This document shows, in pieces, positions 9,246 through 19,319 of a stretch of DNA of 64,000 bases. The position numbers and the translations under genes were made by a program. The stretch lies in assembly GCA_964596525.1 (NCBI GenBank), contig CAZQUL010000001.1, positions 332,830-396,829 on the forward strand, read 5' to 3'. Under the pieces are notes generated by a model. It did no database searches. It was not told the DNA's origin and saw only the letters and a program-made list of their open reading frames with translations. The stretch's first letter is position 1, and every line of letters starts with the position of its first letter. The DNA is from an uncultured Gammaproteobacteria bacterium. Its GTDB lineage: Bacteria > Patescibacteriota > Patescibacteriia > Magasanikbacterales > GWA2-37-8.

Positions 9246-10703
9246 TTATACTCGTTTGCTCTTCGTAAGGCGGATAATGATGGGAGTTGCGAAAAATTCA
9301 AATTCTTCACGCAAGCGGTTTTGCAGATAGTGGACGTACGAGACGTGGACCGACGTTTTGCTTTTGATGAACAGCTCGAACATGGGCGGGTTGGTGCGCA
9401 CCTGTTTGAAACCGAGCAGTTTGGGGTGACGTACGCCTTTGCCGGAACTGGGGCGATGATGACGCGTGGCACGCTGCAAGAACAGATTGAGTTCGGCTTG
9501 CGGCACGGTTGTCGTGCGGCCGCGGTACGCCTGCTTGATGAGCGGGAAAATCTGGTGCACGCGATAACCGGTTTTAGCGCTTACAAACACGATGGGAGCG
9601 AATGACAGATGCGGGAAAAGACCGTACATCTTGTCCTTAATCTGATTGCGGAATTCATCGGAATTATCATCGCTTTCATCCCACTTGTTGATGACGAGGA
9701 TAACGCTCTTGGTATGTTCGCGTAAAAGCCCTGCGAGTTGTTGGTCTTGGTCAGAAACCGGTTCGGTGGCGTCGATAACAAGCAGTACCACATCGCAGCG
9801 GTCAATGGTTTCGATGCTTTTGCCGATGCCTTTTTTTTCGAGTTCGCCTGCGACACGTGATTTGCGGCGAATACCGGCTGTGTCGATGAAGAGCAGATGA
9901 GTAGAGGAAGTTTTTTTGCTTTTCTTTTTTGGCTTCTCATCGGTTTCATCGTCAGATGCTCTTTCGATCGGTTCTTCGTCCGGATCGTTTTCTACTTCAA
10001 CGAGCACGTCGTGCGGTTCGCGCGTCGTGTGCGGCATATCGCTCACCACTACGCGATCTTCGCCGATGAGTTTGTTGAAGAGCGACGATTTGCCCACGTT
10101 CGGTTTGCCCATGATGGCGACTTTGATGGGGTCGAAATCCGTGAGCGTTTTGGGATTTTTTTTGATTTTGCGCAAATCGGTATAAATTTTGTCGAGCACG
10201 TCGCCCACGTGGGAACCGGTCGTGGCCGAAACCGCGAAGGGTACCCCGAGTCCGAGTGCGCGCCATTCCGGATCGTGGACGCGTTGGCTAAGAACGGCAG
10301 TGTCGGCTTTGTTGGCGACAAAGAGGCGGGGTTTGTGGGGATAATGTTTGTTGAGCCAGCGAGCCAGTTCTTTTTCTTGGGGCAATAACCCGTCTTGGAT
10401 GTCGGTAACGAAGACAATGATATCCGCTTCGGCGATGGCAAGCTCAGTTTGTTTGATGATGTCGCTTTCGAGCAAGACGCGTTCTGAAAACGTGAGGCCG
10501 CCGGTATCCACGATGCGAAACTCCACGCCGCGCCACGAGGCGATGGCCATGTTGCGGGTGCGCGTCGTGCCGGGGATAGAAGAAACGAGGGCGCGCTCTT
10601 CTTCGACAATGCGGTTAAACAAGGTGGATTTGCCAACGTTAACGCGGCCGACGAGGGCGACGGTCGGGATGTTGAGATCGACGATGCGGGCGGGAGTAGG
10701 CAT
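9246..10703 (-). CDS. der: Ribosome biogenesis GTPase Der/EngA
   Basis: Two G domains (GRVNVGKS/DTGG/NKAD and GKPNVGKS/DTAG/NKWD) plus KH-like C-terminus. Confidence 0.97.
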   Translation of the reverse strand: MPTPARIVDLNIPTVALVGRVNVGKSTLFNRIVEEERALVSSIPGTTRTRNMAIASWRGVEFRIVDTGGLTFSERVLLESDIIKQTELAIAEADIIVFVTDIQDGLLPQEKELARWLNKHYPHKPRLFVANKADTAVLSQRVHDPEWRALGLGVPFAVSATTGSHVGDVLDKIYTDLRKIKKNPKTLTDFDPIKVAIMGKPNVGKSSLFNKLIGEDRVVVSDMPHTTREPHDVLVEVENDPDEEPIERASDDETDEKPKKKSKKTSSTHLLFIDTAGIRRKSRVAGELEKKGIGKSIETIDRCDVVLLVIDATEPVSDQDQQLAGLLREHTKSVILVINKWDESDDNSDEFRNQIKDKMYGLFPHLSFAPIVFVSAKTGYRVHQIFPLIKQAYRGRTTTVPQAELNLFLQRATRHHRPSSGKGVRHPKLLGFKQVRTNPPMFELFIKSKTSVHVSYVHYLQNRLREEFEFFATPIIIRLTKSKRV

Positions 10704-10781
10704 AGAAGTATGTAGTCTAGACTATCTACCATGCCGGGTGTGAATTGGCAAGGGAATGGAAAAGCCTGGCGAGATAACATC

Positions 10782-10911
10782 GTCATTGCGAGCGGAGCGA
10801 AGCCCGTCCGCCATGGCAGCAAAGGTGCGCCGGGCGGGCAATCCCCTTGATACCAGGGTGAGTTCAAAATACAGAGGGATTGCTTCGCTTCGTACCTCAA
10901 CTCGCAACGAC
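10782..10911. repeat. Palindromic intergenic repeat copy 1 (contains insert A)
   Basis: GTCATTGCGAG...GCAATCCC...GGGATTGC...CTCGCAACGAC nested inverted repeats. Confidence 0.9.
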
Positions 10912-10919
10912 AGTGAATT

Positions 10920-12506
10920 TTATCGGGTCGTTGTGGCAAAATCCGTGCCAAGGACGATAATAAGGTCGGGCGGGGTAAGTGGTTGGGTGGAAGACGCGGC
11001 CGACCACGAGCCGGAAGAAGAGGGGTTGGTATAGGGTTCGAGAATCCAGTTGGGGAGTTTAGTAATGAGGTCGAGCTGGAGTTTTTGGGCTAAAGCGCGG
11101 GCGGTCGGCGTGGCGGATTCGTTAATTACGTAGAGACCAGAGGCGCCAATGGGGCGTTCCGTAGTATTGCCGATAGAACGAACCGGGATGCCCTGCCCTT
11201 CAAGATCTTTTTTGAGCTTGGCGGCCAAACCGACTTCCCAGGTGCCGTTTTGGATTTCGAGCGCAACGAGGCGTTCGGCGAGCGAAGTGGGTTTGACGGT
11301 GATCGGCGCGGATTTGGTGGAAGTGGCGGCTGGAGTAGAGACGTCTTTGACCGTGATTCTGGTGAGCGTGGTAGAAGGGCTGAAGACGTTGGCGATAAGT
11401 TCGTTTATGGCCTTAAATGAGCCACTTCGAGGAACTAATACATCACCTAGTTGGTTGCGCACGCCGGTTAAAAGATCGCGGCCGTTGTCGTCGAGCACGA
11501 CGGTTTTTACTTTTTCGGATTCGATGGTTCGGGCAAAACCGGCCATGGCCAGAAGATCGTTGAAGGTGAGGTTGGTGCTGACATGGTTTGCAACTGAGTC
11601 CATGATATTTTTGAGCGCTACCGGGTTGCCGAGCGTGCCGAGCGATAAGACTTTTTCTTTAAGCGCGAGGAGTACTTGCTGCTGGCGGCGCGAGCGGGCA
11701 AAGTCCGATCCTTCGCCGTTTGAGCCGTGCCGCGAGCGGGCAAACATGAGGGCGCGCCGCCCGTTCATTTTTTCTTCGCCGGTCGTGAAGGAGACTTTGA
11801 GGTAGCGGCACGGGCTCGCTTCGGTTTCGCCCACACAATCAGCACCCTCGGCTTTGCCTGGGTTGGGATAGCGGTAATCGACGAAACTTTTGCCGACATT
11901 CACCGTAATTCCGCCCACCGCATCGATAATGTCTTCGAACGCTTTAAAATCCACGCGAATGTAGTAGGGGATCGGCGTTTCAAACTGTTCAGCGAAGAAT
12001 TGGCGGGAGAGTTCGGGGCCAAGGCCGGGGTTGCGGAGTTCATTATATGCATGTACTGCATTGATTTTTTGGTAATTGTAGACCGGCATTTTTACCATGA
12101 GGTCGCGCGGGATAGAGATGAGAGCGACGTCTTTGGTGGTGGGACGGATACTCGCGATAATGTTGGTGTCACTTAGATTAGAGCCTTCGTGGCCTGGGCC
12201 GCCAATGCCAAGGAGTAAAATATTGATGCGATCATTTTCTTCACCGACAAGCGGCAGGCGTTCGCCGAAGAAGAAGTTCTTGAGCGAAGAGAAAATAGTG
12301 TTCTTTTGCGGGGTGAGAGTAATGTCTTCGGTCTGCAACCCTGTTGGTTCCGAATCATCTTTATATAAAAGGAAACTCCCGATGATAATGCCGAGTACAA
12401 TCACAAAAAGAGCCGCCGCCGCGATGAGGAGTTTTTTTGTCCGCGCGGGGGAGGGCGGTTTTTCGAAGGTGGCTGAAGAAGTTCCAAAAGAATAGCGTCG
12501 CAACAT
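10920..12506 (-). CDS. LCP (LytR-CpsA-Psr) family protein with LytR C-terminal domain
   Basis: N-terminal TM; NILLLG, SDT, SIPRD, ARSRH, DFARSRRQQ; C-terminal NGT...GLA and IVLGTD. Confidence 0.93.
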   Translation of the reverse strand: MLRRYSFGTSSATFEKPPSPARTKKLLIAAAALFVIVLGIIIGSFLLYKDDSEPTGLQTEDITLTPQKNTIFSSLKNFFFGERLPLVGEENDRINILLLGIGGPGHEGSNLSDTNIIASIRPTTKDVALISIPRDLMVKMPVYNYQKINAVHAYNELRNPGLGPELSRQFFAEQFETPIPYYIRVDFKAFEDIIDAVGGITVNVGKSFVDYRYPNPGKAEGADCVGETEASPCRYLKVSFTTGEEKMNGRRALMFARSRHGSNGEGSDFARSRRQQQVLLALKEKVLSLGTLGNPVALKNIMDSVANHVSTNLTFNDLLAMAGFARTIESEKVKTVVLDDNGRDLLTGVRNQLGDVLVPRSGSFKAINELIANVFSPSTTLTRITVKDVSTPAATSTKSAPITVKPTSLAERLVALEIQNGTWEVGLAAKLKKDLEGQGIPVRSIGNTTERPIGASGLYVINESATPTARALAQKLQLDLITKLPNWILEPYTNPSSSGSWSAASSTQPLTPPDLIIVLGTDFATTTR

Positions 12507-12580
12507 AGAATGGAGGAATTGTACCACACTTGGGAAGGGGGCTCAATGTTTGAATAAAAAGAATTGAAGCACGGATTTTC

Positions 12581-12694
12581 GCCGTTGCGTGAAGCGAGTT
12601 AGACGAGCGACTCGTCTGGGCGGGCAATCCCTCAGTAATTCAGAATTCACATTAATATTAAGGGGATTGCCTCGTCGTTCCTCCTCGCAGTGAC
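12581..12694. repeat. Palindromic intergenic repeat copy 2
   Basis: GCCGTTGCG...GCAATCCC...GGGATTGC...CTCGCAGTGAC. Confidence 0.85.
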
Positions 12695-12780
12695 AGTGCT
12701 ACATATATTGCGTTTCATAGCCCTTGCCACTCCAAACACCCTATGTTACTGTGATAGCAGCTTATCCGCTCTTTCCGCAT

Positions 12781-12854
12781 GGTCGTGTAGCTCAGTTGGT
12801 TAGAGCATTGCATTCACATTGCAAGGGTCACTGGTTCGAGTCCAGTCACGACTA
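12781..12854 (+). tRNA. tRNA-Val(CAC)
   Basis: Full cloverleaf; anticodon arm TTGCA-TTCACAT-TGCAA; T-loop TTCGAGT; CCA not encoded. Confidence 0.95.
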
Positions 12855-12898
12855 CATTTTTTGCCTTCATTTGATCATTAATTACTTTCGCTTGTCGT

Positions 12899-13402
12899 AT
12901 GCCGCGTGATCTTGGTCGCGAAGATGTGCCGCTCGGCACGATTCATCATCAGTGGATTATTAAAGAATACCGTCAGTACGAGCGCAGTAAGACGTGGTAC
13001 CTCATCGTCGGACTCATCGGGGCGGCGTTACTTGCGTACGCGCTTCTTAGTAACAATAACTCGTTTGCGGTTATTATCGTGCTTGCTGCGGTTATATTGT
13101 ATCTCAATGAGCACCAGCGGCCGCTCGAGCTTAACTTTGCGCTCACGGATGCTGGCATAGTACTTGGCGAAAAAGTGTACACTTACCGCGAAGCCGAACG
13201 GTTCTGGATCGTGTATGAGCCGGGTGACGTGCAGGCGCTCTATCTTGTGCTCAAAGGAGTTGTGAAGAAAAATGTCACGATTCCGCTTGAAGGCAATGAC
13301 CCGCGACCGATCCGCCAGTTCCTTATCCGCTTCGTGCGCGAAGACGTGAATGGCGAAGAGCCGCTCTCGGATCGGTTGTCCCGTATCTTTAAGATACAGT
13401 AA
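12899..13402 (+). CDS. Two-TM membrane protein with C-terminal PH-like domain (common CPR hypothetical)
   Basis: W...EY...ERSK.W motif, two TMs, 'LTDAGIVLG..Y.Y....FWI' pattern. Confidence 0.8.
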   Translation: MPRDLGREDVPLGTIHHQWIIKEYRQYERSKTWYLIVGLIGAALLAYALLSNNNSFAVIIVLAAVILYLNEHQRPLELNFALTDAGIVLGEKVYTYREAERFWIVYEPGDVQALYLVLKGVVKKNVTIPLEGNDPRPIRQFLIRFVREDVNGEEPLSDRLSRIFKIQ

Positions 13403-13455
13403 CTCTTGACGTCGGGGCTAAAGTGGGGTACAACCAGTACGTCACGTACTGAGTT

Positions 13456-13527
13456 GCATCCATCGTTCAATGGATAGGACATGGGTTTGCGGAACCCAAA
13501 ATCTAGGTTCGATTCCTAGTGGATGCA
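13456..13527 (+). tRNA. tRNA-Arg(GCG)
   Basis: Acceptor GCATCCA/TGGATGC; anticodon arm TGGGT-TTGCGGA-ACCCA; T-loop TTCGATT. Confidence 0.93.
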
Positions 13528-13536
13528 CGAAATCTT

Positions 13537-13576
13537 CAAACCAACCATCGACATGCTCGGTGGTTGGTTTGTTTTT
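13537..13576 (+). terminator. Intrinsic terminator after tRNA-Arg
   Basis: CAAACCAACCATCGA/TCGGTGGTTGGTTTG stem plus T tract. Confidence 0.8.
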
Positions 13577-13685
13577 CAATAATATTCATATTCACCCGAC
13601 CGTTGACAGAACAGGGTAGGCATGCCAGTCTGTGCCATCCGAAGCACGCCGTTTCGGATGTTTGAAACCCCAAAGGAGTCTGAAG

Positions 13686-14126
13686 ATGAAGCGAAAGATG
13701 CTAGTAGGCGCCGTAGTTATGGGAGCTTGCTCGTTTATTGGCTGCGCGAGCACGCCGCCAGTTCAGGTGTTTTACCGGCCGCTTACCCGCTCCACGCTCA
13801 TGTCGCGTGTGGATGCTGAAATCCACAAGCGCGTGATGTTCGCGGTTAAGAAGGAATGCAGTTACGATCCGCGTCGCCTTGAGAATGCCCCGGATTCTGA
13901 TGAGCGGCCCCGTATGTGCATGACGCTCGATGAAAAATCATGCCGATTGGTTCTCTTGCGACAGATGCACCGGGTCGCTGATGTTATTAACATGGACATA
14001 ATGACTCAGTGCGCGTCAGCCCGGACTGATTGTCTGCATGGTGTATACGTGGCGGTTAGGGATTATCCCACGGAAAACTACACCTGCATCGCGATCGATT
14101 CCCGGGATTCGCTTCCTCGTGAGTAG
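13686..14126 (+). CDS. Hypothetical Cys-containing lipoprotein
   Basis: MKRKMLVGAVVMGACSFIGC signal; SD AAGGAG. Confidence 0.75.
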   Translation: MKRKMLVGAVVMGACSFIGCASTPPVQVFYRPLTRSTLMSRVDAEIHKRVMFAVKKECSYDPRRLENAPDSDERPRMCMTLDEKSCRLVLLRQMHRVADVINMDIMTQCASARTDCLHGVYVAVRDYPTENYTCIAIDSRDSLPRE

Positions 14127-14174
14127 GTGAAACAAGAGTCGTAAGATAAAGAATACAGTGATAAGGAGAGTATC

Positions 14175-14588
14175 GTGAAAAAGATACGTACCATGCTGTT
14201 TAGTTCCTTGTTGTTTTGTGCCTGCGCACACACGGCGCCGTCGGTGGGAACCACTCCTTCCGTTCTGGCACCGCCCACGCAGGAGGAATTGCGCGAGACG
14301 ATTATCCGCGCCACCACCGCGACCAAGACGGCCTGCAACAATCCCGGCGATCGTTTTCTAGAAATGGATGAGGCGAGGGATGGCAAGGTTCTCTGCCTTG
14401 TCTCGATGGTGGTGAGCTGCCGCGAGCGCTTCAAAATCGAGATGGGTATGGCGACCACTATGGCGAATCGCCTGCAAGAAGCATGCAGTCGCGGTGCGTC
14501 GGGAGTCGGCTGTGATGACCATCCTGGAAATCGGTATGTGGTCGTCGATGACAAGACCCTAAACCGGGCCTGCGTCGAGGTCCGGTAG
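14175..14588 (+). CDS. Hypothetical Cys-containing lipoprotein
   Basis: LFCAC lipobox; SD TAAGGAG before GTG. Confidence 0.75.
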   Translation: MKKIRTMLFSSLLFCACAHTAPSVGTTPSVLAPPTQEELRETIIRATTATKTACNNPGDRFLEMDEARDGKVLCLVSMVVSCRERFKIEMGMATTMANRLQEACSRGASGVGCDDHPGNRYVVVDDKTLNRACVEVR

Positions 14589-14750
14589 TCCGCCGCGGTA
14601 TAATTGCGGGAAGGTTGCTTCCTGCGGTTGGCCGCGGTTTTTTTGTTTTAATTCCGGCTGTGTTATGCTATTCATCCCGTAGTATCCTTGACATGTTTGA
14701 CCGACCTTTTTAGTATCTATCTTGCTTCACAACAACGAAAGGTTGAAATC

Positions 14751-15137
14751 ATGTTTGAGAACCTACGCCGCCGTCTTTCTGCCGCCCCTTTTTCCGCCCT
14801 CATGGTTCTGGTTTCTGCTGATGCATTGATTGGTCGTTGCAGTGGTGAGCCTTCAATTACGACACACACCACGACACGTGCGGAGCTGATTGATGGTCGC
14901 GGCCGCCAGGATGTCTACTTCCAGTGCGGCAAGCCGGCCGGCGTAGCCCGCGCTTATGTGCTGCAGCACCAAGGCCAGATCGCGGAGAACGCAGCTACGT
15001 ATTTCGGCGTTCAGGCCGATCGTCTGGGAATGGTTCAGGGCGTGCGCGAGATAACGGATCCGCAGGGCAGCGTTGATACCTACTACTGCATCGGTTATTG
15101 GAATATGCTTGCCGCTTCGCCGCCTGGCTCCCACTAA
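14751..15137 (+). CDS. Hypothetical exported protein
   Basis: Basic N-terminus plus hydrophobic stretch; TTGACA-17-TAGTAT promoter; weak SD AAGG; terminator at about 15149-15180. Confidence 0.65.
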   Translation: MFENLRRRLSAAPFSALMVLVSADALIGRCSGEPSITTHTTTRAELIDGRGRQDVYFQCGKPAGVARAYVLQHQGQIAENAATYFGVQADRLGMVQGVREITDPQGSVDTYYCIGYWNMLAASPPGSH

Positions 15138-15255
15138 TGTAGAATAACGCCTTCCACGCTCATGGAAGGCCTTTATTTTTTTAGATTCGCAGGGTATTGA
15201 TTGACACGATCACCCTCTCTTCCTTACAATAGCAACGTTTATCCCTATTTTGCGT

Positions 15256-17484
15256 ATGAAAACGCTCGTCATCGTCGAGTCGCCGACCAAGGCCAAAACT
15301 ATCAGCAAATTTTTGGGCCGAAATTTCATCGTCAAATCATCGTTCGGCCATGTGCGCGATTTGCCGAAAAGCAAACTCGGCGTTGATGTTGAAGATAATT
15401 TTGAGCCAACGTACGTAGTAAGCACGGATAAAAAAGAGGTGGTGAAAGAATTAACCGAGGCGGCCAAAAAATCCGACATAGTACTCTTTGCAACTGATGA
15501 GGACCGCGAAGGCGAAGCGATTTCGTTTCATTTGAGTGCGTTACTCGGTATTGAACCAACCGACGCGAAACGCGTGACGTTCCACGAAATTACCAAAGAC
15601 GCGATCGTGAAAGCCTTTGAGCACCCGCGCGCGCTCGATATTAAACTCGTTGATGCACAGCAGGCCCGTCGCGTGCTTGACCGGTTGGTGGGGTACGAAC
15701 TCTCGCCGTTTTTATGGCGCAAGGTGGCCAAAGGGCTTTCGGCCGGCCGGGTGCAATCGGTTGCGGTGCGCCTCGTTGTCGAACGCGAACGCGAAATCCG
15801 CGCCTTTATTCCGCAGGAATACTGGAGCATCGAAGGATTATTCTCGCCGAAGAGCAAAGAAGAATTTGCGGCCAAACTCACGTCGATCGCGGGTAAAAAA
15901 CTTGACAAGTTCGACATTAAAAACCAAACCGAAGCGGACACCATCGTCGCAGCGCTCAAAGGACAAACGTATTCTGTCACGAGCGTGGAACAAAAAAATA
16001 CGTCGCGCGCTCCGAACGCCCCATTCACTACGTCCAGTTTGCAACAAGAAGCCAATAACCAGCTCGGGTACTCGGCCAAACTCACCATGCGCATCGCGCA
16101 GAAACTCTATGAAGGCGTGGAGCTCGGGAGCGAAGGTCATATCGGTCTCATCACCTACATGAGAACCGACGCCGTGAACTTGTCGGATAATTTTTTGAAC
16201 GATGCTGCAGCCGTAGTGCTCGAAGACTTCGGTAAAGAATACGCCTTGCCCGAACCGCGCCGCTTTAAGAATAAAAGCAAGAACGCGCAAGAAGCGCACG
16301 AAGCGATTCGTCCGACGGATGCCAAGCGCACGCCGGCGCTCGTCAAACCGTTTTTGGCGCCGCAGGAATTCCGGTTGTACGAACTTATTTGGAAACGTGC
16401 GGTGGCGACCCAGATGGCCGATGCCAAACTCCTTAACCAGAGCGTGGATCTCATGAGTGCCAATAACTACGGATTCCGCGCCACAGGGCAAACTATCGTC
16501 TTTGACGGTTTCCTTAAACTCTTCCCGGAAAAAAGCAAAGAGAATTTGCTGCCGCCCCTCACTGAAGGTGAAGCGGTTACGTGCACGAAGCTTACGCCTG
16601 AACAGCACTTTACCGAACCGCCGGCCCGCTATAGCGACGCCACCCTTGTCAAAGCGCTCGAAGAATACGGTATTGGTCGCCCGTCCACCTATGCGCCCAC
16701 CATCGCCACCATCGAAGACCGCGGTTACGTAGTGCGTGATGAAAAAAAGCGCCTGGGCCCGACCGACATCGCCTACATCGTCAACGACGTGCTTGTCGAA
16801 CATTTTCCGCATGTCGTGGATTTTCAGTTCACCGCGAATATGGAACAAGAGCTCGACGATATTGCTGAAGGCACCAAAGAATGGCGGCCGGTCATCAAAG
16901 CATTCTATGTTCCCTTCCACGATAATTTAAAAAAGAAAGAAAAAGAGATTGATAAAAAAGAACTCACCGAAATCCCGACCGACGAAGTATGCGATAAGTG
17001 CGGCAAACCGATGGTTGCCAAAACCGGTCGCTTCGGACGATTTTTGGCCTGCACGGGTTACCCGGAATGCAAGAGCACCAAACCGCTCGACGCCGCGCTC
17101 GGCAAAACCACTCCTGAAATGGAACTTACGGATGTGGTCTGCGAAAAATGCGGATCGAAGATGCAGGTGAAGCACGGCCGCTTCGGACCGTTTCTTGGCT
17201 GCTCCAACTATCCTGATTGCAAGAACATCAAACCGATCGAAAAGAAAATCGGCGTGAAATGCCCGGTGTGTAAAGAGGGTGATCTTATTGAACGCAAAAC
17301 CAAACGCGGACGCTTTTTTTACGGCTGCAACCGCTACCCAAAATGTGAAGCAGCGTTTTGGGAAAAACCCAACGGTGAGAGTTGTCCGAAATGCAAATCG
17401 CCTTTAACGCAGAATGCGAAGGGTGTGGTGAAATGTAGTAATAAAGAATGTGATTATAAGAAAGAGGTTGAGAGTGAGAGTTAA
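15256..17484 (+). CDS. topA: DNA topoisomerase I with C-terminal zinc ribbons
   Basis: IVESPTKAKTI, ATDEDREGE, SAGRVQS, ITYMRTD, GIGRPSTYA, repeated CxxC zinc ribbons. Confidence 0.98.
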   Translation: MKTLVIVESPTKAKTISKFLGRNFIVKSSFGHVRDLPKSKLGVDVEDNFEPTYVVSTDKKEVVKELTEAAKKSDIVLFATDEDREGEAISFHLSALLGIEPTDAKRVTFHEITKDAIVKAFEHPRALDIKLVDAQQARRVLDRLVGYELSPFLWRKVAKGLSAGRVQSVAVRLVVEREREIRAFIPQEYWSIEGLFSPKSKEEFAAKLTSIAGKKLDKFDIKNQTEADTIVAALKGQTYSVTSVEQKNTSRAPNAPFTTSSLQQEANNQLGYSAKLTMRIAQKLYEGVELGSEGHIGLITYMRTDAVNLSDNFLNDAAAVVLEDFGKEYALPEPRRFKNKSKNAQEAHEAIRPTDAKRTPALVKPFLAPQEFRLYELIWKRAVATQMADAKLLNQSVDLMSANNYGFRATGQTIVFDGFLKLFPEKSKENLLPPLTEGEAVTCTKLTPEQHFTEPPARYSDATLVKALEEYGIGRPSTYAPTIATIEDRGYVVRDEKKRLGPTDIAYIVNDVLVEHFPHVVDFQFTANMEQELDDIAEGTKEWRPVIKAFYVPFHDNLKKKEKEIDKKELTEIPTDEVCDKCGKPMVAKTGRFGRFLACTGYPECKSTKPLDAALGKTTPEMELTDVVCEKCGSKMQVKHGRFGPFLGCSNYPDCKNIKPIEKKIGVKCPVCKEGDLIERKTKRGRFFYGCNRYPKCEAAFWEKPNGESCPKCKSPLTQNAKGVVKCSNKECDYKKEVESES

Positions 17485-17499
17485 AAGTTTGTTAATACT

Positions 17500-17640
17500 G
17501 TCATTGCGAGGAGTGTAACGACGTAGCCCGTCCGCCATGGCAGCACAGCGTGCCGGGGGGCAATCCCTTCGTACTTCAGAGCTCACTCTTGGATCAAGGA
17601 GATTGCTTCGTCGTTCGTCTGACTCACTCCCCGCAATGAA
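17500..17640. repeat. Palindromic intergenic repeat copy 3 (contains insert A)
   Basis: GTCATTGCGAG...GCAATCCC...GAGATTGC...CCGCAATGA. Confidence 0.9.
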
Positions 17641-17662
17641 AAAGATTTCATTGCCGTACTCC

Positions 17663-18148
17663 ATGTCTCCGTCGTCGCGCGTCAATCGACCGATCATCGC
17701 TACCGTGCTTATCGTGTTTCTCTTTACGTTCATCGTATCGCGGCTTTTCGTGTACCTCGTGCTTGGGCACCTGATGCCGAATTTCTTTTTGGAAATCGGT
17801 GGTGTGCATGTGCATCATTTTACGTACGGCGTATTCGTGCTCTCCATCTGCGGCATGGTTCTTCTCATCAAACGGCCGGTTGTCGGGTCAGCGCTGTTTC
17901 GCATACTCACGGTGGCGTACGGCGTAGGGATCGGCCTCACCTTCGACGAGTTCGGCATGTGGATCCGGCTTGAAGATAATTATTGGGTACGGCAAAGTTA
18001 TGACGCTATCATCATCACTCTTCTTGTTTTGCTTAACATTACGTTTTGGCATGAAATAAAACTTCTGACGCGGGAGTTTGTCGGCATGCTGCGGCATATC
18101 GGCCAATCGTGCGACCGGTATATTATTAAAAAACTGCGGGGGCGCTAG
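17663..18148 (+). CDS. Four-TM membrane protein
   Basis: GGVHVHHF, GIGLTFDEFGMWI.L...YW motifs; ORF-track start at 17537 lies inside the repeat. Confidence 0.8.
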   Translation: MSPSSRVNRPIIATVLIVFLFTFIVSRLFVYLVLGHLMPNFFLEIGGVHVHHFTYGVFVLSICGMVLLIKRPVVGSALFRILTVAYGVGIGLTFDEFGMWIRLEDNYWVRQSYDAIIITLLVLLNITFWHEIKLLTREFVGMLRHIGQSCDRYIIKKLRGR

Positions 18149-18235
18149 GGTGAGTGCAAGTTTTCCCCCTTAACATTGACAGAATCAGAATCCTCAACTA
18201 GGTTTTGAAGGCACTCAACTAAGAGGAGGTCTGCG

Positions 18236-18793
18236 ATGAAGAGATTGATGTCCCTTATGATGTTGTCGGCCGGTTTGGCCGCGTGCACGGAAGCGAACCC
18301 TGTTTTCGGTGCCGACTGGACCGTTCGCTTGCAGGCGGACATGGGTGTAGGCGGCGAAGATTTGAAGCCGGTTTCCTGCCCGCCCATGCACGCTACCGGC
18401 TCGACGCCCGGCTTTCACCCGGATGCGGACCGTTGCAAGGATTCCTTCTGCTACCGCAGCGACAATTCGCCGGTTTCGTCGAAGTCGTGCGTGTGGGGGC
18501 TTGCGGATCCGGAGCATCCGATCGTGCTGGTGTATCAGGAATCCAATGAGAAGAAAGTGGGCAGCTGGCGCCTCATGCCGGGCAATGACATGCGCCTGAC
18601 GCAGTCGTCCAACACGTTCTACCAGTTCGGGGAGAACGTGACGGCCATCTATTCGCGTCTCGCCGAGAACGATGCGTACCTGCCCTGGTTCCGCGAGCGT
18701 ATCGACTTTGAGAAGCGGCAGGTCATTATGGAGTCTTGCCCGGGCACCAACGGCCTGTGCACTCCTTGGGCAAACGTGACCCCGCCGCAGTAA
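18236..18793 (+). CDS. Hypothetical lipoprotein
   Basis: LAAC lipobox; SD GAGGAGGT; TTGACA-17-TAGGTT promoter; terminator at about 18819-18846. Confidence 0.8.
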   Translation: MKRLMSLMMLSAGLAACTEANPVFGADWTVRLQADMGVGGEDLKPVSCPPMHATGSTPGFHPDADRCKDSFCYRSDNSPVSSKSCVWGLADPEHPIVLVYQESNEKKVGSWRLMPGNDMRLTQSSNTFYQFGENVTAIYSRLAENDAYLPWFRERIDFEKRQVIMESCPGTNGLCTPWANVTPPQ

Positions 18794-18955
18794 CAAGCCG
18801 TTTGAAGCGGTCCGATTCAGCCTGGTGTGAAAACGCCAGGCTTTTTGAATAGAAAACGCTTCAATTTTCCTTAGCTAAGCCATTATTTTGTTTTATTGCA
18901 TATGTTAGCCAAGATTTAGGAGTCTTTTTGGGCTAATGTTAGCCCCGTTCTACCC

Positions 18956-18984
18956 TTGACAAGACCGTAAAAATATGGTATACT
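18956..18984 (+). promoter_or_regulatory. Consensus sigma70 promoter P1 with extended -10
   Basis: TTGACA-17-TATACT with TGn. Confidence 0.85.
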
Positions 18985-19113
18985 ATGCTGTTGAGAATGA
19001 AGAACCGAAGCGAACCTTACAACAAACATCGGTATCCCATACTTCTTGAGCCGCCACCATACGAAACGGGCGGTTTAAAAAAGAGTCCGCTAAGTATAGC
19101 GACCGAGATAATC

Positions 19114-19142
19114 TTGACAAGACTCAAAAAGTATGGTATACT
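19114..19142 (+). promoter_or_regulatory. Consensus sigma70 promoter P2, near-duplicate of P1
   Basis: TTGACA-17-TATACT; shares CTTGACAAGAC...TATGGTATACT with P1. Confidence 0.85.
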
Positions 19143-19319
19143 GATTCGTTAAGCTAGAAACTGAGTTATCCCGAGATTAGCTTGACAAGTACACCAAAGT
19201 GTTCATTACAAGGTCGGTTCGGTGAAGGTGAAGAAGAAAAGCTTCTTACTCGCCTCCACCGAACCGAGATCGCGCTCTTATAAAGAGTGCGGTCATAACC
19301 AAGACCAAGGAGACCCTAG

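Noticed and set aside
17537-17662. N-terminal extension MAAQRAGGQSL... of the membrane protein; similarly 43529-43750 for ClpC
   Set aside because: These extensions translate the palindromic repeat. Family-like sequence begins at 17663 and 43751, and clpC has its own promoter downstream of the repeat.
18956-19300. rRNA operon leader suggested by tandem strong promoters
   Set aside because: No 16S/23S/5S or tRNA sequence follows; protein-coding ORFs follow instead.
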